The notes beneath the pieces were generated by a model. It saw nothing but the letters and a program-made list of their open reading frames with translations, did no database searches and was not told the origin of the DNA. Position numbers and translations under genes: made by a program. 57,008 nt of DNA from Coleofasciculus sp. B1-GNL1-01. GTDB lineage: Bacteria > Cyanobacteriota > Cyanobacteriia > Cyanobacteriales > Coleofasciculaceae. Shown here piece by piece: positions 41,150 through 51,342 of this stretch. Numbering within the stretch: position 1 is the first letter of the stretch; each line of letters opens with the position of its first letter. The stretch lies in assembly GCA_040220235.1 (NCBI GenBank), contig JAVJTO010000035.1, one strand, 5' to 3'.

Positions 41150-44100
41150 ATCGTCAAACGCTTGAACAATATTTTAGTCTCAACCGTCGTTACTCTCGTT
41201 CAGTGAACGTAGAGCGAGATTTAACTCGAATAGAGGCTTTAAAGGGTTATGTTTTAACGGAACGGGCAGTCGATGCTTTGCGACGGATTTTAAAAGGCTT
41301 AACCACGGCTGAAGCCAATCATGCTTGGACATTAACCAGTGTTTATGGCACCGGAAAGTCTGCGTTTACCCATTATCTTACCTCCGTCTGCGCTCCTGCT
41401 CAGAGCCAAATGCGTTCCTCTGCTTTAGAAATTGCTCGGCATACATTAGGTACAGAAAGTAGTGACTATCAAGCGTTAACCCAACTTCCGGAAAAGGGTT
41501 TATTTCGAGCTGTAGCCACAGCAGCAAGAGAACCGATTAGTCATACAATTGTGCGGGGATTGCTGCGAGGAGCAGAGACGTTTTGGAAATCTCCTGCTAA
41601 GCGGAATCAAATCCCTGTTGTGGCTAGGTTGGTGGACTTAGATACAGAAATAGAGTCTGGAGAAATTATTGACAACCGAGAAATACCGAAGTTAGTCCAA
41701 GACGTGGCTAAGGCAGCGAATACAGGAGTCTTTCTGGTTATTGATGAATTAGGGAAAAATCTGGAATATGCCGCTTATAACCAAGGGACAGAAGACCTCT
41801 ATGTCTTACAACAATTAGCGGAACTTCCTGGAGATAGCAAAACGCCGATTTATATTTTAGGCATTCTCCATCAAGCCTTTGCCGAATACGGACAACGATT
41901 AGCCACAGTTCAGCGGAATGAGTGGGCGAAGATTCAGGGGCGATTTGAGGATATTCCGTTTACTGAATCGGCTGGACAAATGATGCGGTTAATCGAGAAC
42001 GTGATTAACCTTGAATCCCCTGATAAAATTGCCTGTCAACTTAATAGTTATGGTAATGAGTGGTCAGAGGGATTAGCAAGGGTTTTGACAGGAGAGGAAT
42101 TGCCAACTAATATCTTTAAGGGGGTTTATCCGCTACATCCTCTATCCGCCTTAGTGTTACCGACACTCTGCCATCGTTATGCCCAAAATGACCGTTCCTT
42201 ATTTACGTTTCTCACCAGTGCTGAACCTTATGGGTTGAGAAACTTTCTCCAAACGGTTAGTCTTGACGGGGAAAGTTTCAGTTTACCGACTCTAAAATTA
42301 GATTGGATTTACGACTATTTCATTGAAGCGGCGGGGATGGGACTGGCATCTCGTCCTAATCTACAACGATGGGTGGAAATCCAAGATTTGATTGCTGATG
42401 CGAGGTATTTAGAACCCGATTATCTCAAGGTGCTCAAAGCGATTGGTATTTTGAATCTGGTGACGACAACGGGGGCGACTCGGGCGACAAAGCGGTTAGT
42501 CACGTTGGCAATGTGTGACTTTCCCAATAACCCGGATCAAATTGCCTATTGGGAAACCGTTATTGAGGGTCTTTTGCGAAGGGGAGTAATTACCCATCGT
42601 CGCACCATGGATGAACTGCGAATTTGGCAGGGATCTGATTTTAATGTGGATCAAGCCCTGTCGGAGTATTTGGAAAAAGACCGTTATTCTTTGGTCAATT
42701 TGTTAGCATCCCTGCGTTCATTGCCACCAATCGTGGTACAACGGCATAGTTATAAAACAGGGACATTACGCTATTTTGAACGGCATTATTTAGATAGCAC
42801 ATCGGATTTAACTCAACTCCAGTGCGACAGTGCTGATGCGGATGGTTATGTGGGATATTGGGTGGATGATGAGTCGCCAACTCAGGTTCCCGCCGTAACT
42901 GACGATGGCAAACCTTTGGTTTTACTGGGTGCAGCAAAATTAGATGTTCTTCGCTTACGTAGCCGAGAATATGCGGCTTTGAAAGCGATTCAAGATACGG
43001 CATCAGAATTACAATCGGATGGGGTAGCCCGCAAAGAAGTGCGCTTTCGGGTAGTTCAAGCCGAACAGCTTTTGGATGAAACCCTGGCGCAAGCGTTTGA
43101 GATGACTGGGAATGACCAGCAATGTTGGGTACAGGGGGAAGCAGAACGGATTGGTCACATTACGGATTTTAATGCCAAGCTGTCCGAGGTGTGCGATCGC
43201 GTCTATGATCAAAGTCCGATTCTGTGGAATGAATTGATTAACCGTCGGGATCTCACCTCCCAAGGCGCAAAAGCCAGACGGGAACTGATTACAGCAATGG
43301 TTGAACGGGGGAATCAGGAAAGGTTAGGACTAAAAGGCTATGGTCCGGAAGTGAGTATGTACTATTCCCTGTTAGGGGAAACAGGTATTCACCGTCAAGA
43401 GGAGGGGGAGTGGGACTTTTACCCACCCTCGGAAGGGTCTAACGTGGGTTCCTTTTGGCAAGCGATTGAGGACTTTTGTTTATCCGCTAAGGAGAAACCC
43501 AAAAGCCTTGACCAAATTTATCAGCGTTTAGCGGCTGCACCCTACGGTATCAAACCTGGGGCAATTCCGGTGATGTTAGCGGCGGTTCTGCTACACCATG
43601 TTGATGATCTGGGGGTTTATCGAGATGGAACGTATATTCCAATTTTGGGTTCAGAACATTTTGAGTTATTGGTCAAAGATCCCTCGCGGTACGCGGTGAA
43701 GTATTTTGAAGTGGTGGGGTTGCGATCGCAAGTCTTTAAGGAACTCGAAGCGATTTTACGCCAATCAAAGCTTAAGAAAGGGAAAATCCGGAATGCTACG
43801 CTGTTAACGGTTGTGACTCCTTTATATCAATTTGTTAATCGGCTTCCGGCTTATACGAAGCAAACCAAGCGAATTAGTCAGGAAGCGCAGAGGGTTTTGA
43901 CCGCACTCAAGGAGACAACTGAACCGGATGAGTTGTTATTTACCCAGTTACCCAGGTCCTTCAATTTACCGCCGATTGAGACAGAAGCCGGGGATGATGG
44001 GACAATTGCCAAAAGCCTGCGTTCGCAACTGGTGCAGGTACTACGGGAGATTAATACAGCTTACAAAGGCTTGTTGAGTGAATGTCAACGCTTGCTGCAC

Positions 44101-44571
44101 AATGCGTTTGGGGTCAGTAGTCGGGAACAAAAACTACGGGAAGAATTGCGGGTGCGATCGCGTCCTTTGGTGGGGAAATGTGTCGAACGAACGTTGCGAA
44201 GTTTTACCCAAGCGGCGGTGGATGAGGAGAAGACAGACAGGGAGTGGTTAGCAGCTTTGGTAATGATTGTCGCCGATAAACCGGCGGAGTCATGGACGGA
44301 TGAAAATGTCACGGGGTTTGAAATTAAACTGTCGGATTTAGCGCGGCGGTTTAAGAATCTGGAAGCGTTAGATCATGAAACTCGCGACCAAGGGGAAGGG
44401 TTTGATGCGCGTCGCATTACGGTAACGCAACCGGATGGAAAGGAAACCCACCGTTTAGTCTGGGTTGAGCGTGATCAATCCCAGAAGCTGGATCAGTTGG
44501 TCAATAAAGTCTTGCAGGAGGAGATTTTGCGGGATAATCCTCAACTTAACAAAACCTTAGTTTTAAATTGA
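41146..44571 (+). CDS. Large P-loop ATPase (SspC/BrxC-like)
   Basis: RSVNVERD, YGTGKS Walker A, VIDELGK Walker B, EWAKIQGRF, YPLHP, QNDRSLF; ATGA overlap with DUF4007. Confidence 0.88.
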   Translation: MNRQTLEQYFSLNRRYSRSVNVERDLTRIEALKGYVLTERAVDALRRILKGLTTAEANHAWTLTSVYGTGKSAFTHYLTSVCAPAQSQMRSSALEIARHTLGTESSDYQALTQLPEKGLFRAVATAAREPISHTIVRGLLRGAETFWKSPAKRNQIPVVARLVDLDTEIESGEIIDNREIPKLVQDVAKAANTGVFLVIDELGKNLEYAAYNQGTEDLYVLQQLAELPGDSKTPIYILGILHQAFAEYGQRLATVQRNEWAKIQGRFEDIPFTESAGQMMRLIENVINLESPDKIACQLNSYGNEWSEGLARVLTGEELPTNIFKGVYPLHPLSALVLPTLCHRYAQNDRSLFTFLTSAEPYGLRNFLQTVSLDGESFSLPTLKLDWIYDYFIEAAGMGLASRPNLQRWVEIQDLIADARYLEPDYLKVLKAIGILNLVTTTGATRATKRLVTLAMCDFPNNPDQIAYWETVIEGLLRRGVITHRRTMDELRIWQGSDFNVDQALSEYLEKDRYSLVNLLASLRSLPPIVVQRHSYKTGTLRYFERHYLDSTSDLTQLQCDSADADGYVGYWVDDESPTQVPAVTDDGKPLVLLGAAKLDVLRLRSREYAALKAIQDTASELQSDGVARKEVRFRVVQAEQLLDETLAQAFEMTGNDQQCWVQGEAERIGHITDFNAKLSEVCDRVYDQSPILWNELINRRDLTSQGAKARRELITAMVERGNQERLGLKGYGPEVSMYYSLLGETGIHRQEEGEWDFYPPSEGSNVGSFWQAIEDFCLSAKEKPKSLDQIYQRLAAAPYGIKPGAIPVMLAAVLLHHVDDLGVYRDGTYIPILGSEHFELLVKDPSRYAVKYFEVVGLRSQVFKELEAILRQSKLKKGKIRNATLLTVVTPLYQFVNRLPAYTKQTKRISQEAQRVLTALKETTEPDELLFTQLPRSFNLPPIETEAGDDGTIAKSLRSQLVQVLREINTAYKGLLSECQRLLHNAFGVSSREQKLREELRVRSRPLVGKCVERTLRSFTQAAVDEEKTDREWLAALVMIVADKPAESWTDENVTGFEIKLSDLARRFKNLEALDHETRDQGEGFDARRITVTQPDGKETHRLVWVERDQSQKLDQLVNKVLQEEILRDNPQLNKTLVLN

Positions 44572-44575
44572 AACT

Positions 44576-45976
44576 ATGGGAAAAGCAGGTCAAGCACTCA
44601 AACAAGTTTTAACGTCTTACGACATCAGCCAAAGCCAACTGGCGACAGAGTTGGGGGTTGAGCGTCCTATCGTCTTTCGTTGGTTTCATGAGCAGACCGA
44701 TCCTACCGCTGAAACCGTTGCGGAGATTGTCAGAGCTATACAAGCCATTGATCCAGAAGCCTCTAGAGAGTTTGTTGAGCTTTACTTAGGTCATCTGACA
44801 ACCAACGCACCTATGAACTTGATCAGACTTGACTCTGAACAGCTACCCGAATCAGATCAAGTTGATGTAGTTGCGCTATCTCGCCTCTTTTCAAACACCA
44901 CCACATCTTATAAATACCTCTTTTTCCTGTCTCTTCTTGACATTCTTAAACGACGACAGTTTGAAGTGCTTTCTTCAATCAGCTTTAAAGAAATAATCGT
45001 CGAAATGTTGGCAAATGCTTGGTATCCTCACACTTACTTTAAGCTGTCCTTTGGAACGCAAGATAAAATTGCTCAAAAACTGGACTCTTTAACGTTAGAG
45101 ATTACCGAGCCAATACTAAAGTTTACAGACACCAACAAAAAGTTATTACGGAAAACAATTGTATCTCAAGACTTGATCAATTTAATTATTGATCTTAAAC
45201 GCTATGTTCCCTTTCGCCTCATTGCCCCTTTCTTAGATGCGGAACTCAAAGCAGCAAAGGTTAGTAAAGGTAGAGGTAATGATTTAGAAAAGGCTATTCC
45301 TGCCATTGCTGATCAATATTTTGACTCCCAAAAACCTTTATATAAATTTGACCAAACAGATTACAACGATTGTGAATCCATTTTCATTCATCCCGATTGG
45401 GCGACTTATTTAGAAAAACACTATGCCATTATTCGGGGTTGGGCATCCTGGGAATGGGTGAAGTATATGCAGCAACGTAATCCCAACGCGCCCAACATCG
45501 TCAGTAAAATATTTATGCCTCAGCAAAGAGGCTCTTTATCCTCACAGACGAAATACTGGAAACAGGTTTTAGCGGTTCAACCGATTAGCTGTATTTATTC
45601 AGGACAACTTTTAGATCAAAAAAATCTCAGTTTGGATCATTACTTGCCTTGGTCATTTGTTGCCCATGATCAGCTTTGGAACTTAATTCCAACTCATCCA
45701 AGTGTCAACGCTTCTAAATCTAATAACTTACCTTCAGTAACCTACTTTAACGATTTTGTTAAATTACAATATTTGGGCTTGACTGCTTCTTGCCAAGTCC
45801 TGAGTCATCAAAAATGGTTAAAAGCCGTTGAATCCCATATTTCTGAGTTAAAGATGAGCGATGCTGAAGATCTACTCGACATCGAAAAATTAAGGAAGGC
45901 ATACGAACTAACAATTAATCCTTTGATGTCTTTAGCTACTATTCAAGGCTTTAGCCCCGATTGGTCATATCACTGA
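44576..45976 (+). CDS. XRE-HTH + HNH endonuclease
   Basis: N-terminal ISQSQLATELGV HTH; CIYSG...SLDHYLPWS...WNL...NASKSN HNH. Confidence 0.85.
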   Translation: MGKAGQALKQVLTSYDISQSQLATELGVERPIVFRWFHEQTDPTAETVAEIVRAIQAIDPEASREFVELYLGHLTTNAPMNLIRLDSEQLPESDQVDVVALSRLFSNTTTSYKYLFFLSLLDILKRRQFEVLSSISFKEIIVEMLANAWYPHTYFKLSFGTQDKIAQKLDSLTLEITEPILKFTDTNKKLLRKTIVSQDLINLIIDLKRYVPFRLIAPFLDAELKAAKVSKGRGNDLEKAIPAIADQYFDSQKPLYKFDQTDYNDCESIFIHPDWATYLEKHYAIIRGWASWEWVKYMQQRNPNAPNIVSKIFMPQQRGSLSSQTKYWKQVLAVQPISCIYSGQLLDQKNLSLDHYLPWSFVAHDQLWNLIPTHPSVNASKSNNLPSVTYFNDFVKLQYLGLTASCQVLSHQKWLKAVESHISELKMSDAEDLLDIEKLRKAYELTINPLMSLATIQGFSPDWSYH

Positions 45977-45986
45977 CTTAAATTCA

Positions 45987-47189
45987 ATGGTGCAGGACTT
46001 CGGGAAAGGCAAATCTTACTTTGCACTCACTGTCCTGATTTATTTAGATTATCACACCACCACTCCGACTGATCCGAGAGTTGCTGAAAAAGTCTTAGCA
46101 TCTATGACGTCTCAGTTTGGCAATGCCAGCAGTACGGATCATATTGTAGGCGATCGCGCCGCCCAAGCCGTTTCCCAAGCTGCTCAACATCTAGCTCAAT
46201 TAGTGGGCGCATCCCCGAAAGAAATTATCTTTACATCGGGGGCAACCGAAAGTATTAATCTTGCAATTCAAGGCACTATCGCCGCCAGTCATGACTCTTT
46301 ACCTCGCATTGCCATCTCTCCGGTAGAACACCAAGCGGTTTTAGATACCTGTAAAGCATTAGAGAAAAGAAGACGGGCGGAAATTATTTACCTTCGCGTT
46401 GATTCCCAAGGCAGGTTAGATTTAAACCACCTCGAACAAATCTGTCGGGATGGGGTTTCCTTGCTCTGTGTCATGGCAGCTAATAACGAGATTGGGAACA
46501 TCTATCCCCTTGAAAAAATTGGTCGTATTGCCCAGAATCATAATATTCCTTTCTTATGCGACGGTTCCCAAGCCGTAGGTAAGATTCCGATTAACGTTGC
46601 TGAATGGGGAATCACTTATTTAGCGGTGTCAGGACATAAATTTTATGCTCCCCAAGGGGTTGGCGCTTTGGTGGTTAAACGTGGTTATACCCTAGAGCCA
46701 ATCTTGTTTGGAGGAGGACATCAAAAAGGATTACGATCGGGTACGTTAAATCTGCCTGGAATTGTCGGTTTAGGGGAAGCCTGTCGATGGCGACAGTTGG
46801 AGATGGTACAAGATGAGAGTGCGATCGCCGCTAAACGCGATCGCCTGCAAGCTCAATTGCAAGCAAAAATTCCCGAACTTATCATTAATGGAGATATTAA
46901 CTCCCGTCTAGCTGGAAACCTGCATATCTCCATTCCAGGTATCCCCAACAGTGCCATGATCGCCAGAGTACGTGGAAAATTAGCCATTTCCAGGGGATCA
47001 GCTTGTTCATCGGGCGTAGAAGCCCCTTCTCATGTTCTGCGTGCGATGAATCTTCCTGAAAATGTTATTGAGGGAGCATTCCGAATCGGAATCGGGAAAT
47101 TTACGACAGAAGCTGAAATTGACCAAGCGGCGGATATTTTAGCGAGTACTGTTAAAGACATTTCTCGTTTACTCACTGAGAACGCCTAA
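45987..47189 (+). CDS. Cysteine desulfurase (IscS/DndA/SspA-like)
   Basis: IYLDYHTTTP, FTSGATES, SGHKFYAP, GSACSS. Confidence 0.92.
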   Translation: MVQDFGKGKSYFALTVLIYLDYHTTTPTDPRVAEKVLASMTSQFGNASSTDHIVGDRAAQAVSQAAQHLAQLVGASPKEIIFTSGATESINLAIQGTIAASHDSLPRIAISPVEHQAVLDTCKALEKRRRAEIIYLRVDSQGRLDLNHLEQICRDGVSLLCVMAANNEIGNIYPLEKIGRIAQNHNIPFLCDGSQAVGKIPINVAEWGITYLAVSGHKFYAPQGVGALVVKRGYTLEPILFGGGHQKGLRSGTLNLPGIVGLGEACRWRQLEMVQDESAIAAKRDRLQAQLQAKIPELIINGDINSRLAGNLHISIPGIPNSAMIARVRGKLAISRGSACSSGVEAPSHVLRAMNLPENVIEGAFRIGIGKFTTEAEIDQAADILASTVKDISRLLTENA

Positions 47190-47231
47190 ACTCAAGTTCC
47201 AACATGGCTACGGGATTGAGAAATAATCAGG

Positions 47232-47479
47232 GCGATCGCGTCTAAATCAGCTTTACCCCGATGAGGGCGCATGGTTAGAGTTGTCATAGAATTAAGCAGA
47301 TGGGTCAGTTGCTGCAATTTGTGCAACTCGATCCTTAATTTACTACAGGTATACTACAAGTTGGAGCAGAAATAGTACTTCATCCTGTCGATTCACCCAA
47401 CCGGGTGAACTCATCGCCCAATCTTAAGCGGTTTCTGTCCCCCAATAAATTGACGACTAAAACTTGTACGTTAAGGATT
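47232..47479. repeat. ~250-bp direct repeat, copy 2 (truncated GNAT 5' end)
   Basis: Aligns by eye with 39608-39857. Confidence 0.9.
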
Positions 47480-47920
47480 TATTAGCTCTTGAGGATGTAC
47501 AATAATGATGTTCTGTGCGACTGTAAAATCCTTGGGATTAAACGTCAACAGATGTGTAATGGCGTGGGTCAACATTACGGCAACAATTCGAGCATCATGG
47601 GTACGTTTACCCATTACCTTGTTGGCACTGACTAAACTTAACCAGTTGGGAAAAATGTCTGGAGACTCTTCCAATAAGGGAAATTGAACTAAAAGTTGTT
47701 GGATTATGTCATGGACTTGCTCTGTTGTCCATCCTAAACCATTAACCTCAACTGGACGGGTAGCAACTACCCAAAATTCAATCAAGATTTGTGCTGTAAT
47801 AAAACACTCGTCACCCTGGTTCAGCAATTGAGTAACGGCATCTACAGCTAGAGTGTGATCTAAATCCGAACGATTACAGAAGCGCAGGATGATATTAGTA
47901 TCTAGCAGGTATCGCGTCAT
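47471..47920 (-). CDS. PIN-domain VapC-like toxin
   Basis: YLLDTNI, E, HDARIVA, TFN..DF. Confidence 0.9.
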   Translation of the reverse strand: MTRYLLDTNIILRFCNRSDLDHTLAVDAVTQLLNQGDECFITAQILIEFWVVATRPVEVNGLGWTTEQVHDIIQQLLVQFPLLEESPDIFPNWLSLVSANKVMGKRTHDARIVAVMLTHAITHLLTFNPKDFTVAQNIIIVHPQELINP

Positions 47921-48159
47921 TCCTCATAAATGCTATCTCGACTCATCGCTTCTATTGATAAGCTTGGACTATTTTTAGGTAGTTGCGATACCCATTCCCG
48001 AAAATATCTCGCCCGTTCCGTTGGTGTTGCTTTTTGCCAGATAGGAGTTGATACGCTGACTCGCCCAAGCTGATAGTTAATGAAAGCAGCGACGACTTCT
48101 AGTTGCTCCTCACTCAGCTTGTCTATTTCATTTTTCAGGGTTTCTCGCCGTGTAACCAT
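47917..48159 (-). CDS. Putative antitoxin
   Basis: 80 aa; ATGA overlap with the PIN gene; LSIEAMSRDSIY end. Confidence 0.75.
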   Translation of the reverse strand: MVTRRETLKNEIDKLSEEQLEVVAAFINYQLGRVSVSTPIWQKATPTERARYFREWVSQLPKNSPSLSIEAMSRDSIYEE

Positions 48160-48163
48160 TGCT

Positions 48164-48520
48164 TTATTGAGTTCTTAGATAATTAACTGCTTCCACATCT
48201 AATATACCTAAAATTTTATCTTGATCTTCAGATTGACTGAGTATCTGCTCAATATGAATTGCGTTTCTGTCAAAAATCAAAATAATGGTGATTGCTGTAA
48301 TCAAAAATAAAAAAATAGCAATCCCAAAAAGGACAGCTTGTCGGATGGTTGAGACACCACCTATCTTGAGCAAAGTGACCAGTAATCCGATAGCCGTGAC
48401 CGACAAGCTTAATAGCTGTTTATCCCGCTCAAGTTTTGTCGTAAACCAAGCGCTGAGCGCAGCGCTGTAGTATGCTTTGTCTTTTGCATCGTATTCTTCC
48501 TTGTCTGAAGTATTTATCAC
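48164..48520 (-). CDS. Hypothetical 2-TM protein, possibly truncated
   Basis: Two hydrophobic helices; start uncertain. Confidence 0.5.
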   Translation of the reverse strand: MINTSDKEEYDAKDKAYYSAALSAWFTTKLERDKQLLSLSVTAIGLLVTLLKIGGVSTIRQAVLFGIAIFLFLITAITIILIFDRNAIHIEQILSQSEDQDKILGILDVEAVNYLRTQ

Positions 48521-48588
48521 GGCAGAAATCAGACACTGTTTTAGACTCTAAGGATTTAATAGTAGCATAAGGTGGGTTAGAGCCGTCA

Positions 48589-48858
48589 CTACAACTGAGA
48601 TATAATTTTATCATAATCTGCGTGTGAACCAATCCAAAACCAAACAATATCGTTCTCGTTATACACACCAACAGCACGATAGCTCTTGCTAACACGAGCC
48701 GAGTAGATAGGAAGTTTTGGATGTACTTGTTTGAAGCGGAGACTGGAATGCCAAGGGTCTTGCTTAAATTGTCTATAAGCCGTGCGAGCTTGTTCCTGAA
48801 CTTGCTTTGGCAAGTCAGCAAACGCTTTGCGAAATTGAGCTGTCGTTCGTGATTTCAC
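48589..48858 (-). CDS. RelE/ParE-like toxin
   Basis: SLRFKQV...YSARV...YRA...WFWIGSHADYD. Confidence 0.82.
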   Translation of the reverse strand: MKSRTTAQFRKAFADLPKQVQEQARTAYRQFKQDPWHSSLRFKQVHPKLPIYSARVSKSYRAVGVYNENDIVWFWIGSHADYDKIISQL

Positions 48859-49073
48859 AATGTTTCTGGATCTAACTCCTGAGTTTTGCCTGCACGATCC
48901 TCAGCTAACGCTGCTTCTGCAAGTTGGGCAAGTGCATGTTGAGACTGGTAAAATGTTTGATCCCAGCGAGTTTCATCTTCGAGTTCTTCCAGAATGAGTG
49001 CAGCGATCGCATCTTGGTCAGTCTCAGGGAGTGTTTTTACCTTTTCTATCGCTTGCTCAAGCAACTTAGTCAT
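48855..49073 (-). CDS. Antitoxin partner of the RelE/ParE-like toxin
   Basis: MTKLLEQAI...QDAIA...EDETRWD; GTGA overlap. Confidence 0.75.
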   Translation of the reverse strand: MTKLLEQAIEKVKTLPETDQDAIAALILEELEDETRWDQTFYQSQHALAQLAEAALAEDRAGKTQELDPETL

Positions 49074-49489
49074 AGTCACTACAGAAAAAAACTTTACCAA
49101 TTATGGTAACGCAATTGGGCTGTGATCTACGGTATTGGGCAGCAGCTCACTCGTGTAGTATCGGGGAATGCTAGTCTTCGGCAACGCTCATGCCTTGCTG
49201 ACGCTTATTTCTGGCAATCCTGTTAAGTAGTCGGACATAAATAAACGGCTCTGTGTTAAGAAATGTAAAAGCCAGCCAAATTTAACCGATTACTCAAACA
49301 GCATCACATTGAAGCTAGACGCTGGAGAGATATTAAACCTTGGCTAAACAGTTGAACGTTGAAGTTCTATCTAAAGATAGAGGTGATTTTGATCCATTAG
49401 CCTTCTATTTGTAGGGGCACCATCCTTGCGCCCAAAAAACTGGCATGAAACTGTAAAACTTCTTTACAAACTGCTAGAGATTACAAAAA

Positions 49490-49503
49490 TTGACTTAAGT
49501 CAA
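49490..49503. promoter_or_regulatory. CRP/FNR-family-like palindrome TTGAC-N4-GTCAA upstream of hcp
   Basis: Perfect palindrome TTGACTTAAGTCAA about 65 bp before the ATG. Confidence 0.6.
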
Positions 49504-49568
49504 AGCGTTATCTGCCAAAAATTTCCTAGAGTAGAGACATAGAGACGAAATATAGGAAAAAGTAACTT

Positions 49569-51218
49569 ATGTTTTGCGAACAGTGCGAACAAACTGCCAG
49601 TGGTAATGGCTGTCATCAGTGGGGCGCATGTGGTAAAAGTCCCCAACTCAACGCCGTTCAAGATTTATTAGTCTACTGCTTGCGCGGACTTGCGCCAGTG
49701 GTGATTAAAGCCCGTCAGTTAGGCATTTCTACTCACGATGAAGATGTCTTCACCTGCGAATCGTTATTCGCCACGATGACGAATGTCAATTTTGACCGAA
49801 AACGCTTTACGAAGTACGTTCGTGAGTGTATCGAGAAGCGAGATAATTTAAAAGCTAAAGTCAAAGAAGTTAGTCCCGAACCCGTCAAATGGACAAGAGT
49901 GTCTGGGTATCATCCTGACTTTAATGAGAGTTTAGTCGAACAGGGTCAAGATTTAGCATTGGGCTTCATTAGTGAATCGGCGCGTGATGTTGACATTTTC
50001 TCCCTAAAACTCACGGTTCTCTATGGAATTAAGGGCGCTGCTTCCTACACCTTTCATGCTCAAGAATTGGGACAGGAAGATGAGCAGGTGTATCACTTCA
50101 TTCAAGAAGCATTAGATGCCCTGAATCATCAAGATTTCACCTTGGATGATTGGGTGAATTTAGCCTTAAAGGTAGGAGAAATGAACCTGCGGGCGATGGA
50201 ATTATTGGATGCGGGACATACCAATACTTATGGACATCCCACGCCAACACCTGTTCCCCTCAATCCGCGAAAGGGCAAAGCTCTCCTGGTTTCGGGACAT
50301 GATATCAGACAACTGGAAGCCATCCTGAAACAGACGGCGGATACAGGGATTACCGTTTACACCCACGGCGAACTTTTACCGGCTCACGGTTATCCTTTAC
50401 TCAAACAGAATTATCCCCATCTGTACGGGCATTATGGTACAGCTTGGCAGAATCAAACCAAAGAATTTGGTAAGTTTCCAGGGGCGATTATTGTTACCAC
50501 CAATTGTTTAATGCCGCCTCATGACACCTATGATGAGAAATTGTTTACGATTGGTCCTGTTGGCTTTTCTGGCATCAACTATATTCCGGCGGAGGAGGGT
50601 AACATTCCCGACTTTAGCCCAGCGATTCAAAAATCCTTAGATATGCCTGGGTTTGTGGAAGAGCAACCGCCGCGTCAGGTGATGGCAGGATTTGCCCGGA
50701 ATGCGGTGTTAAATGTTGCGGATCAAGTGATTGATGGGGTTAAACAAGGCAAAATTCGTCACTTCTTCCTAGTTGGTGGTTGTGATGGCGCGAAACCCGA
50801 ACGCAATTACTACACTGAATTTGTGGAAAAAGTACCGGAAGATTGTATCGTTCTCACCCTAGCTTGTGGGAAGTTCCGTTTCTTTGACCAACAGTTGGGA
50901 GAAATTGGTTCTCTACCTCGGTTGATGGATGTGGGACAATGTAATGATGCCTATTCCGCGATTCAAATTGCCTTGGGATTAGCGAAGGCGTTTGATATGG
51001 ATGTGAATCAATTGCCTTTGTCGATGATTCTGTCGTGGTATGAACAGAAAGCGGTTGCTGTGTTGTTGACGCTGCTGTATCTGGGAATTAAGGATATTCG
51101 TTTGGGTCCGACGTTACCCGCGTTTATTTCTCCGAATGTTTTCAAATTGTTATCGGAGAAGTATCAGTTGAAGGCGATTACGACACCGGATGAGGATTTA
51201 GCGGCTTGTTTAGGTTGA
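49569..51218 (+). CDS. hcp: Hybrid cluster protein / hydroxylamine reductase
   Basis: MFCEQCEQT...GACGK, SGHD, THGE, GGCDG, GQCNDAY, SWYEQKA. Confidence 0.96.
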   Translation: MFCEQCEQTASGNGCHQWGACGKSPQLNAVQDLLVYCLRGLAPVVIKARQLGISTHDEDVFTCESLFATMTNVNFDRKRFTKYVRECIEKRDNLKAKVKEVSPEPVKWTRVSGYHPDFNESLVEQGQDLALGFISESARDVDIFSLKLTVLYGIKGAASYTFHAQELGQEDEQVYHFIQEALDALNHQDFTLDDWVNLALKVGEMNLRAMELLDAGHTNTYGHPTPTPVPLNPRKGKALLVSGHDIRQLEAILKQTADTGITVYTHGELLPAHGYPLLKQNYPHLYGHYGTAWQNQTKEFGKFPGAIIVTTNCLMPPHDTYDEKLFTIGPVGFSGINYIPAEEGNIPDFSPAIQKSLDMPGFVEEQPPRQVMAGFARNAVLNVADQVIDGVKQGKIRHFFLVGGCDGAKPERNYYTEFVEKVPEDCIVLTLACGKFRFFDQQLGEIGSLPRLMDVGQCNDAYSAIQIALGLAKAFDMDVNQLPLSMILSWYEQKAVAVLLTLLYLGIKDIRLGPTLPAFISPNVFKLLSEKYQLKAITTPDEDLAACLG

Positions 51219-51232
51219 GTTAGTTAGGTGAG

Positions 51233-51260
51233 GGGGTGTGGCTTTTGTCGCGCCCCTTTT
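51233..51260 (+). terminator. Intrinsic terminator after hcp
   Basis: GGGGTGTGGC-TTTT-GTCGCGCCCC followed by TTTT. Confidence 0.6.
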
Positions 51261-51342
51261 ATCTGGTTTTTGGGTTTTGTGGTGTTAATTTAAAGTGGAG
51301 GATTACCAATGGCAGGAGTTAACATATATATATATAGAGGAA

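Noticed and set aside
49452..49468. NtcA box upstream of hcp
   Set aside because: Spacing is GTA-N9-TAC, not GTA-N8-TAC
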